From the IMG/VR virus record IMGVR_UViG_3300008113_000012, positions 1-64,000 of that record: a stretch of 64,000 nt of DNA. One strand, 5' to 3'. Below, piece after piece: positions 31,362 to 39,377 of this stretch. Numbering within the stretch: position 1 is the stretch's first letter; every line of letters begins with the position of its first letter. The notes below the pieces were generated by a model, which saw only the letters and a list, made by a program, of their open reading frames with translations, made no database searches and had not been told where the DNA came from. The translations under genes and the position numbers were made by a program. Source of the DNA: a virus.

Positions 31362-33136
31362 TAAAAATTAAAGATTTAACAGTAAAAAACTTTATGAGTG
31401 TGGGCAATCAAACTCAGGCAGTAGATTTTGGTCGAGAGCAATTAACCCTTGTGTTAGGTGAAAACTTAGATCAAGGCGGGGATGACAGCGGCTCGAGAAA
31501 CGGAACTGGTAAAACTACCATTGTTAATGCACTAAGTTTTGCATTATTCGGCACTGCACTAACTAACATTAAAAAAGACAATCTGATTAATAAGATAAAC
31601 AACAGGAACATGTTAGTTACCTTAACGTTTGAAAAAGACGGTAACAAATATAAGATCGAGCGTGGGCGTAAACCTACAATCATGAAGTTCTATGTTAACA
31701 ATCAAGAGCAGAGTGCAGAGTCTACTGATGATAGTCAGGGTGACATGCGTGAAACGCAAAAGGATATTGACGAGTTGTTAGGAATGAGTCACGATATGTT
31801 TAAACACATTGTAGCTCTTAACACCTATACAGAACCGTTTCTCAGCTTGAAAGCTAATGAGCAACGTGAGATCATTGAGCAGTTGTTGGGCATTACTCTG
31901 TTATCAGAGAAAGCAGACACGCTTAAAGAACAGATTAGACAGACTAAAGAAAATATCTTTCAAGAAACAGCAGATATTGAAGCTGCTAAAAAGTCTAACG
32001 AAAAAATACAAGTAAGTATTACTGGTTTAGAAACTAGGCAATCAGCCTGGTATGCTCAACAGAAGACAGACTGTGCAAAAATTGAACAGAGCATTGCAGA
32101 ACTGCAAAGTGTTGATATTGAAAAAGAGCTTGTGCAACATGCTAAGTTAAAACAATATGACGAACATGCGGCTAAGATTAAAAGCCTTAACAAAGAAAAG
32201 GCCACACTAGAAACTGCTGTTATACAAGCTGACAAGACTGTAGCAAAATATACTAAAGAAGTAGAGCAGTTAAAAAATAAAACTTGTCCTGCGTGTGAGC
32301 AAGGGTTACATAGCCACAAGCACGAAGAAATGACTACCGGTGCTGAAAAGAACTTAGCAGATGCTGTTGCATATTTAGAAAGTATTAGTGATAGCTATGC
32401 AACTGTGCTTCAAGAGTTAGAGACTATAGGTGATATCAACGGCAGACCGCAGACTTACTACGACACTGTCGAAGAAGCATTAAAGCATCAAAACAATCTA
32501 ACAAGTCTAGAAGAAGCATTGACTAGGAGACATACAGAAACTGATCCTTATCAAGAACAAATTGATGATCTTAAGCATACTGCTATGCAAGATATCTCAT
32601 GGGATAATGTTAATTTGTTGAATAGTATGAAGGATCATCAAGAGTTCTTGTTAAAATTACTAACAAACAAAGATAGTTTTATCCGTAAAAAGATCATAGA
32701 TCAGAACCTTGCCTATTTGAATAACAGGCTTACGTACTATCTTGACAAGATGGGATTACCGCATCAAGTTAGTTTCTTAAACGACTTAAACGTTGAGATT
32801 ACACAGTTAGGACAGGATCTAGATTTTGATAACTTGTCTCGTGGCGAACGCAATCGTTTAATCTTAGGATTAAGCTGGGCGTTCCGTGATGTGTGGGAAA
32901 GTCTGTATCAAAGCATTAACTTATTGTTTGTTGACGAGCTTATCGACAACGGATTAGATGCAAACGGTGTAGAAAATGCGTTAGGTGTACTTAAGAAGAT
33001 GGCACGTGAACGTAAGAAGAACATTTTCTTAATCTCACACAAAGATGAATTGATTGGTCGTGTTAATAATGTACTTAAAGTTGTTAAGGAAAACGGCTTT
33101 ACCAGCTATGCAAACGATATTGAGGTTACAGAATAA
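31358..33136 (+). CDS. gp46: Recombination ATPase subunit (Rad50/SbcC-like)
   Basis: KNFMSVG, Walker A NGTGKTT, coiled coil with CPAC zinc hook, signature LSRGE, Walker B LLFVDE, ISH. Confidence 0.95.
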   Translation: MIKIKDLTVKNFMSVGNQTQAVDFGREQLTLVLGENLDQGGDDSGSRNGTGKTTIVNALSFALFGTALTNIKKDNLINKINNRNMLVTLTFEKDGNKYKIERGRKPTIMKFYVNNQEQSAESTDDSQGDMRETQKDIDELLGMSHDMFKHIVALNTYTEPFLSLKANEQREIIEQLLGITLLSEKADTLKEQIRQTKENIFQETADIEAAKKSNEKIQVSITGLETRQSAWYAQQKTDCAKIEQSIAELQSVDIEKELVQHAKLKQYDEHAAKIKSLNKEKATLETAVIQADKTVAKYTKEVEQLKNKTCPACEQGLHSHKHEEMTTGAEKNLADAVAYLESISDSYATVLQELETIGDINGRPQTYYDTVEEALKHQNNLTSLEEALTRRHTETDPYQEQIDDLKHTAMQDISWDNVNLLNSMKDHQEFLLKLLTNKDSFIRKKIIDQNLAYLNNRLTYYLDKMGLPHQVSFLNDLNVEITQLGQDLDFDNLSRGERNRLILGLSWAFRDVWESLYQSINLLFVDELIDNGLDANGVENALGVLKKMARERKKNIFLISHKDELIGRVNNVLKVVKENGFTSYANDIEVTE

Positions 33137-33409
33137 ATGAGCGAGAGTCTGCATGATCAGTTAATGAAAGAGTTTCGAAAGTATTTTGAAAATTATCAAG
33201 ACTGGGCTATGAATCAGACTCACGCAGCAGGCATGAGAACTAGGGCAAACTTATTAGAAATTAGACGACTTTCTAGAGAACTTAGAATAGATATTCTAGA
33301 AACTCGCAGAACGTTTCCAAAAATTAAATCACCAAAATATAGAGAAGCAAAGTTAAAAGAACAGCTCGCTCAAAAACAACAGGCACAAGGCGACAGCGGC
33401 ACTAACTAA
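33137..33409 (+). CDS. Small basic protein resembling histone H1-like Hc1 family
   Basis: HAAGMRTRANLLEIRRLSRELRIDI resembles the Hc1 core AAxxRxRxxxxE/L..K..R; basic tail. Confidence 0.5.
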   Translation: MSESLHDQLMKEFRKYFENYQDWAMNQTHAAGMRTRANLLEIRRLSRELRIDILETRRTFPKIKSPKYREAKLKEQLAQKQQAQGDSGTN

Positions 33410-33413
33410 GTGC

Positions 33414-33851
33414 ATGTCATGGTATTATCAAGGAACTTTAATCGAAGCTTTACCCGAAGAGTGTATTGGCTTTGTTTATTGCATCACTAATAACATAACT
33501 GGTCGCAAATATATAGGCAAGAAATTAGCAAAATTCTCTAAAACAACTTATAAAACAGTAAAACTCAAAAACGGCAACAAGAAGAAAAAGAAGATTCGTT
33601 CTAAAATTGATTCTGACTGGCGTGAATACTATGGCTCAAGCGACCATCTAACAAAAGATATAGAAACTCTAGGCGCAGAGAATTTCAAAAGAGAAATACT
33701 TTACTACTGCACATCAAAGGCTGAATGTTCATACATCGAGGCAAGAGAACAATTTACAAGACGTGTTCTCGAAAGTGACGACTACTACAACGGACACATT
33801 GCTGTTCGTGTACACGGAAGTCATATCAAAGGCAAACAACTAAACGGTTAA
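33414..33851 (+). CDS. Stand-alone GIY-YIG family nuclease (145 aa)
   Basis: GFVYCITN...RKYIGKK, YYGSS, F.REIL, catalytic-type E (YIEAREQ) and YYN; lysine-rich insert; no C-terminal NUMOD/HTH domain visible. Confidence 0.85.
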   Translation: MSWYYQGTLIEALPEECIGFVYCITNNITGRKYIGKKLAKFSKTTYKTVKLKNGNKKKKKIRSKIDSDWREYYGSSDHLTKDIETLGAENFKREILYYCTSKAECSYIEAREQFTRRVLESDDYYNGHIAVRVHGSHIKGKQLNG

Positions 33852-34290
33852 AGCTCGCACAGGCTAATTTCGTGTGCCGAACAGTAGAAACCTGGACTCA
33901 GTGTCGCAGGGATCCGTAGACTCTTGCCGTTAAGAGCACTCAATCAGTATCCTTTACAGGACCAGGATCGCAAAGCTGCCGCGGTTTGATTGTTTTAAGG
34001 AAATAAAGGCAAAAAGAGGGGAAATAAGCCCCACGTTTGCATGTATGTTAGCGTATGCATGTAGGCCGCCGTCATAATAAAGACACAGCTCGAGGTACCG
34101 GATGACCGCCTCTGTAACTGCTGTAACGCTAAGTGGATTGTGCAACTCAGATAATGTTCAATTTTCTTTGCCCGCAAGGGCAAAGTGTGACTGAACAATC
34201 TAGATAATATTTAAACTGCTTCGCAGCAATTAATAAAAGAAAAATAGTTCGAGCTGAAAAGCGAAGAACTGATGTACGCAAGTACATCAT
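33852..34290 (+). ncRNA. Candidate large structured non-coding RNA (unassigned family)
   Basis: Longest intergenic region in a densely coding window, with about 10 hairpins. These include CTTTGCCC-GCAA-GGGCAAAG, TGATGTAC-GCAA-GTACATCA, and a long G-U-rich stem at 34035-34066 that pairs well only as plus-strand RNA. Confidence 0.6.
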
Positions 34291-34292
34291 TA

Positions 34293-34299
34293 ATAAATA
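34293..34299 (+). promoter_or_regulatory. Late promoter ATAAATA (probably leaderless transcript)
   Basis: 7 nt upstream of ATG 34307; no Shine-Dalgarno in between. Confidence 0.6.
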
Positions 34300-34306
34300 C
34301 ACTACT

Positions 34307-35383
34307 ATGAAAATATATGAAATTGTTACTGAAGATCGTGCTAATGAAGGGATAGCTGACATTGCTAAAGGGGCAGCTACGGGTATAGCTAAAGGGGCTA
34401 AATGGGCTAAAGATGCTATTACCGGAACTAAAGCAGGTGCTGAAGTAGCTAAGGATGCTGGAAAAGCAAAGAAAGGTGTTGAAGTAGCTAAAGATGTGGC
34501 AAAAAATGCTGACAAGCTAAAGGTATCTGCAGAAGCAATGTCCAAAGTTAAGTCATTTGGCAGTGCTTTCATGTCTATATTAAGTGCGCTAGGTATAACA
34601 TACTTTGTCTATGAGTACTGGACTGAGATATTAAAACTTGAAGCAGAGTGGACTGAGTATAATAATGCAATTAAATCAAAGACTCAAGTGCCGTCAACTA
34701 ATAAATTTGCTGGCAAAGATTACGAAACAGCACTAAACGAAGCAGAGAACATGCGTTCGGACCTATTAGGTAAAGCAGTTGCTGGATGTTTAACGTCTGC
34801 AGGAATATTTGGAAAAGTAGTGCAAGTGTTTGGAACATTATTTAAAGCACTTCCTGTATTTGGTCCGCTAATAGGATCAACTATTGTAGGCGCAGGCTGG
34901 ATTATATCTAAAATAGAAATTGCACGAGCACCGTTTTTAATTTGGTTAGAAACTACTGACTCTGGTAAAGAGTTTATGAAGAATGTTTTTGTAGTGCTTA
35001 TTCTCGGCGGAACTGGCAAAGTTGCCGCCGATGCGGTTGATGCTCTTATGAAGTTAGCTGATATTGCAGTTGAGTTTATTAACGAAAAGTTTGGAACTAA
35101 CATTAAGAAACCTTCTGATACAGGTTTAGGTACAAAAATTAAACCAGATGCAGAAGCAGAAAAAGAAATAGATGCAAATATAAAAACTATTGACGGTGTT
35201 CCTGCTACTACAGCTGATGGTTACTTAAGATCTGATAGACCGTTCTGGGTACACAATAAAGTCAAATGGGAAATTGAAAAGCAAATGAATAAAGGACAGC
35301 CTAATCCTTTAGATAGTATCCCTAAGAATCCAAAATTAACTTATCCAACTGACTTGTTTAGAAATCTAAACTATGCAGGTTAA
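34307..35383 (+). CDS. Hypothetical late protein with Ala/Lys-rich N-terminus and several hydrophobic helices
   Basis: 358 aa; hydrophobic segments AFMSILSALGITYFVY, GIFGKVVQVFGTLF..IVGAGWII and VFVVLILGG. Confidence 0.7.
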   Translation: MKIYEIVTEDRANEGIADIAKGAATGIAKGAKWAKDAITGTKAGAEVAKDAGKAKKGVEVAKDVAKNADKLKVSAEAMSKVKSFGSAFMSILSALGITYFVYEYWTEILKLEAEWTEYNNAIKSKTQVPSTNKFAGKDYETALNEAENMRSDLLGKAVAGCLTSAGIFGKVVQVFGTLFKALPVFGPLIGSTIVGAGWIISKIEIARAPFLIWLETTDSGKEFMKNVFVVLILGGTGKVAADAVDALMKLADIAVEFINEKFGTNIKKPSDTGLGTKIKPDAEAEKEIDANIKTIDGVPATTADGYLRSDRPFWVHNKVKWEIEKQMNKGQPNPLDSIPKNPKLTYPTDLFRNLNYAG

Positions 35384-35610
35384 ATTAAGTTAATGCCGCT
35401 TTTCTTAGTGGCTTCGATATTTTCTTTAATTATTTCGTTTATAATTGTGCGATCTTCATACGAGTATGTATGAAACAGTAATTCGCTACTAACACCACCT
35501 CGCATATACCAACTTATGCGAAATATCTCGTCTTTTATACTTTTTATTTCGAATTCTAAGCCCTTAACAAATCCCTCAATCTCAGAGTTTGAGAGACGTA
35601 AGAGCTTCAT
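35380..35610 (-). CDS. gp51-like baseplate hub assembly catalyst; possibly the -1 frameshift extension of the upstream gene
   Basis: WYMRGGVS......SYEDR.II..IIKEN pattern; ATGA overlap with the gp26-like gene. Confidence 0.6.
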   Translation of the reverse strand: MKLLRLSNSEIEGFVKGLEFEIKSIKDEIFRISWYMRGGVSSELLFHTYSYEDRTIINEIIKENIEATKKSGINLI

Positions 35611-36431
35611 ACGAAAAAATTTGCTTGGTCCAATGTGATAGTAATAGAGTTTTCAGCACTGCAACTAGAGCATAGAACAGGCTGCGGCGGCATACCCCAA
35701 GCTTCTTTGTTTTCTTCTAATTTGTTCTTAATTAATTTATAAGTATCTCGCTCAGTGTTGCGCAACCATTCTTCGATATGCACTTTTTCAGTTACTAGTA
35801 TACCTTCAACTTGAACGCTTTCGATTGCAGTTAAAAACAATTGCAATTGCAACTCCGATAAATCTTTATAAATTTGATCTACTTGTTGTTGTCTATTGTC
35901 ATCAGTTAAATCGGCAGTTTGAAACAATGTCTTTTGTAATTTAAAGTTCTCAATACTAAAATAACTCATTTCTTCATACTGTAACGGACGTATTCTAATA
36001 GTTAACGTATCAGAAACGGCAATTGCATTAACAAATTTTAAATTATTAAAGTGATCTAACAGTTTACCTAACTCAATCTCATATTCATTTTCTGATTCAC
36101 ATTTTTGACAAGTCTGTGTAACAGTCATTTTTTCGCCAAAGGTAGCAATACGTATAGCAATTAACAGTGCATCAATATCAATACTAGGCATTGTTTTTGC
36201 ATTTTTAATATATGGACAGCAACTTTCAATTACTTTAGCAGTAGCTTCTCCAGTAAATAATGCGTCTGGAGTTTTCATAATGATTTCGTCCATGCCGCTC
36301 ATAGCAAACACGGGAACATTGTTATAATCGCCGATTAACGAACCAGGTTCATAGTATAAACCCTTGCTAGGCAACGAAACATAGACTTTTGGCTGTCTAA
36401 AAAACTTTTGTAATGGATTTGGCTGGCTCAT
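35607..36431 (-). CDS. gp26: Baseplate hub assembly protein, gp26-like
   Basis: P.VYVSLPSKG, DEIIM, DIDALLIAIRIATFGE, two CxxC pairs (CQKC, CSSC), IRIRPLQY, C-terminal NFF. Confidence 0.75.
   Translation of the reverse strand: MSQPNPLQKFFRQPKVYVSLPSKGLYYEPGSLIGDYNNVPVFAMSGMDEIIMKTPDALFTGEATAKVIESCCPYIKNAKTMPSIDIDALLIAIRIATFGEKMTVTQTCQKCESENEYEIELGKLLDHFNNLKFVNAIAVSDTLTIRIRPLQYEEMSYFSIENFKLQKTLFQTADLTDDNRQQQVDQIYKDLSELQLQLFLTAIESVQVEGILVTEKVHIEEWLRNTERDTYKLIKNKLEENKEAWGMPPQPVLCSSCSAENSITITLDQANFFV
35613..35619 (-). other. Putative -1 programmed ribosomal frameshift heptamer T-TTT-TTC
   Basis: Minus strand reads GCA AAT TTT TTC GTA TGA. A -1 slip gives TTT TTT CGT ATG AAG, in frame with 35380..35610. 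Confidence 0.6.
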
Positions 36432-36442
36432 GATTAGTTCCG

Positions 36443-36466
36443 ATAAATATATTAACCGTATTTATA
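36443..36466. promoter_or_regulatory. Pair of opposed late promoters: ATAAATA (+, 36443-36449) and TATAAATA (-, 36459-36466)
   Basis: Both motifs lie in the 60-bp gap between the divergent gp26-like and tape-measure genes; the minus copy is the exact T4 late consensus. Confidence 0.65.
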
Positions 36467-36491
36467 TACGCAGATTTCACCTGGAAAAATA

Positions 36492-39374
36492 ATGGCAGAA
36501 CGAAATTTTACTGACGGAGACGTTAAAGCACTAGGCAAAGAAATTGCCAGCGCCATCCGTGGCGGGGGTGGCGGAGGGGGTGGCTCTGGTGGAGGGGGTG
36601 GCGGAAAGGCAGATACAACACCTTCAAAAGAAGCAGCTACTACGTTTAATTCCATGATGAAAGACTCTGCTGATGCCGCTAATAAAGTCACAGCAGCGTA
36701 TAACAAAGTAGCTCCCGGTATTGAAATAGGTCTTAACACTTGGAGAGATCTAAGTAAAGTTGGCGCAGGATTTAGCAATGACATTGTAGGAATGACAGCG
36801 GCGGCTGCTGGAACACGCATGCCGTTAGGTGAATTTGCAGGCGTTATTAAAGAAAACGCTGCAAACTTGTCTGGATTTGGTGGAAATGTTACTCGAGGTG
36901 GAGAAGAATTTGCTAGATTGAGCAAGCGAATGTTTGATGATTATGCACCAAACACTGATCAACTGCGTCAAATGGGCCTTACTAACAAGGACCTTAACGA
37001 ACTTCTAATGATACAGAGCGTATCTACTCGTGCTAAAATGAAAGACGGGGACGAAAAAGATAAGAAACTAATTGAAAACGCAATGGCATTAGGTACAGAA
37101 ATGGATCTAATGGCCAAGCTAACTGGTAAGAGTCGAGAAGCTCAAATGGAGCAACAGCGTAAGAATCAACAAGACATGGCGTTTGAAGCTGCTATCCGTA
37201 GAAAAACTATTGGGATGAGTGCAGACGAAGCTATGGAGTTTGAGAAAAATGCACGTAATCAACTTCGTGATGCCCAACTGCGTGGACAAGAAGCAGTTTT
37301 CAAAGATGTATTTTCGACAGGAACTATTAAAAGTAAAGAAGCAGCAGCACAAGCAAGTATAAATCAAGAACAAGCCGCTGCTACAATGAAGCAAGCACAA
37401 GTATCCGCTGATAAAACAATGGATTCTAAAGAAAGAGAACGTCAAGCTAACGTTGCTGCTGCTGAAGGTCGTAGAGCATTTGATAAAGACATGCAAAACG
37501 ATACCAAGTTGATGTATGCATCTCTAGGAGAACAAGGCGGCACAGTAGGCAAAGTCATGCGTGACAGCATGGGCGCCAACATTGAATACCAACGCAACTT
37601 AGAAGCTACTGCAACTAAAATGAACATCGTCATGAAAACTGACGAAGACCGTGCTAAAGTGCAAAAACAAATGGAAGAAGATGCTAAATCAGCAGCCGCG
37701 GGCAAGAAAGCTGACGGTACACAAGCTGATGCATCAACAAAAGCTCTAGTCAATCTTGGAGCAAGAGCAGGCGATGTAGAAAGTGCCTTTATGAATAAGA
37801 TAGTTAAACCTTTAAATGAAAAAGTTAACCCGGCATTTGAAAAACTAGCAGAGGGCGCATTAGGTGCAACTAAGAAAGGTGCTACTGAAACTAGAGTCAA
37901 CGCAGCAGAACGTGAGTTAGCAGAAGGAGCAGCAGGAAAAACTACTACCGGATTAAACAAAGTAGGTGCAGTCGTTAACGAAACTGGTGACATAGTTAAT
38001 CAACTAGCTGGAGTTAAAAATCCTCCTAAGCCAGCGCCTACAAAATCAATTCCACAAAAAGCTCTTGGAGGCCCAGTTGAAGAAGGTGAACCGTATATTG
38101 TAGGTGACGGTGGCGAAGAAGAAATATTCGTACCTAAGACAGCTGGAGAGATCATTCCTAAGAGTATGCTATCACCAAAAGGATTAGGTAGCCGTTCTCA
38201 AAATATGGATGGTGCTTATAAGTCAATGCAGTCAATGAATCCTGCTAAAATGTTTGAAGAACTTAAAGCTAAAACTAGCGGTGGTGGATTAAATCTTAAC
38301 GAGATTTCTAAAGACATTAGTACAACAGTCAGTGGCGGCGGCTCGAGCACTGTAAAAGTTCCAGACATGGCAGAGATGACTAAGAAGTTTGAAACTTCCT
38401 TTGCTGAGTTTGATAAAGTTGCTATAAAAAATATCAAGTTTGATGACTTATCAAGTTCTTTTAAAACTTCGTTTGATGATTTTGGATCTGAAATATCAAA
38501 CTATGCAGATCTTAACGATCTAATGTCTCCGTTTGAAGAATCGTTTAGCAGTTTCAATAACGATTTTGAAAGTATGATTGTATCCTCAAGTGAGGATATT
38601 GCTGATGCAATGGGCGGCTCAAAAGCATCGGCTGCACAAGCAAAGATTGACGATGCAATTGCAGAAAAACAGAAAGCACTAGATAAAATAACCTACATGT
38701 TAAATGAAGTATCTGACGAAGATTTTGATCAATCTGCATGGGATGAAGCTATTGCAGAACGTGATGCGGCTCAAGAAAAGTTAGACAAAGTTATTGAAGA
38801 GTCGATAAGTGATCTAGCAGGAGGATTTGACGATTTTAGTGATAACTGGGAAGAATCATTAGATAAAGTTAGTGCAGATATTACAGATGCTATCCCGTAT
38901 GACGAATTTGGCGGACTCGATGAAGCTATTGCACGAAATCAAGCAGACGATAAACAAAGAGCAAAAGCAACTAGTGGTGCAATGCAAGAAGTTGTTACTG
39001 GCTCTAGCCCTGCAAAGTTAGATCGAGGTATCACTACAGACAGCTTTACTTTAGGACCAAACGGATTACCTATTGCGAAACCAAAATCAACAGCAGCCGC
39101 TGTTCCAGAAAAGAAAAATGAAGGAAAAACTGCCGAAGAACAAGTTAAAGAACGAGAAGAACAAGCCAAAGCTGACATGGCAAAAGGTGACAAAGGCGAA
39201 AAATCTATTAAGAAAGAAGGCAGTGACAGCAAAGGCGCTACTCTAGATGACCTACTTAAGAGCATGAATGCGTTAAATACTAAGGTAGGTCAACTGATTT
39301 CTGTTAATGAAGATGGTCATAAAGCCTCAGCCAAAGCTGCAAAAAGCAATAATGCTAACCTATATACGAGATAA
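36492..39374 (+). CDS. Tail tape-measure protein (gp29 equivalent)
   Basis: 960 aa, helical and A/E/K/M-rich; ALGGPVEEGEPYIVGDGGEEEIFVPKTAGEIIP motif typical of tape measures; next to the gp26/gp51 pair. Confidence 0.75.
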   Translation: MAERNFTDGDVKALGKEIASAIRGGGGGGGGSGGGGGGKADTTPSKEAATTFNSMMKDSADAANKVTAAYNKVAPGIEIGLNTWRDLSKVGAGFSNDIVGMTAAAAGTRMPLGEFAGVIKENAANLSGFGGNVTRGGEEFARLSKRMFDDYAPNTDQLRQMGLTNKDLNELLMIQSVSTRAKMKDGDEKDKKLIENAMALGTEMDLMAKLTGKSREAQMEQQRKNQQDMAFEAAIRRKTIGMSADEAMEFEKNARNQLRDAQLRGQEAVFKDVFSTGTIKSKEAAAQASINQEQAAATMKQAQVSADKTMDSKERERQANVAAAEGRRAFDKDMQNDTKLMYASLGEQGGTVGKVMRDSMGANIEYQRNLEATATKMNIVMKTDEDRAKVQKQMEEDAKSAAAGKKADGTQADASTKALVNLGARAGDVESAFMNKIVKPLNEKVNPAFEKLAEGALGATKKGATETRVNAAERELAEGAAGKTTTGLNKVGAVVNETGDIVNQLAGVKNPPKPAPTKSIPQKALGGPVEEGEPYIVGDGGEEEIFVPKTAGEIIPKSMLSPKGLGSRSQNMDGAYKSMQSMNPAKMFEELKAKTSGGGLNLNEISKDISTTVSGGGSSTVKVPDMAEMTKKFETSFAEFDKVAIKNIKFDDLSSSFKTSFDDFGSEISNYADLNDLMSPFEESFSSFNNDFESMIVSSSEDIADAMGGSKASAAQAKIDDAIAEKQKALDKITYMLNEVSDEDFDQSAWDEAIAERDAAQEKLDKVIEESISDLAGGFDDFSDNWEESLDKVSADITDAIPYDEFGGLDEAIARNQADDKQRAKATSGAMQEVVTGSSPAKLDRGITTDSFTLGPNGLPIAKPKSTAAAVPEKKNEGKTAEEQVKEREEQAKADMAKGDKGEKSIKKEGSDSKGATLDDLLKSMNALNTKVGQLISVNEDGHKASAKAAKSNNANLYTR

Positions 39375-39377
39375 TAA

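Noticed and set aside
33954-34198. Two short minus-strand ORFs (63 and 67 aa) in the non-coding element
   Set aside because: Non-ATG starts, no protein motifs, overlapping each other and opposite to local transcription; RNA structure explains the region better.
33414-34290. Group I or group II intron with homing endonuclease
   Set aside because: No interrupted host gene flanks the element, and I could not find group I P7/J8-7 or group II domain V and GUGCG motifs by eye. A degenerate intron cannot be fully excluded without a covariance-model search.
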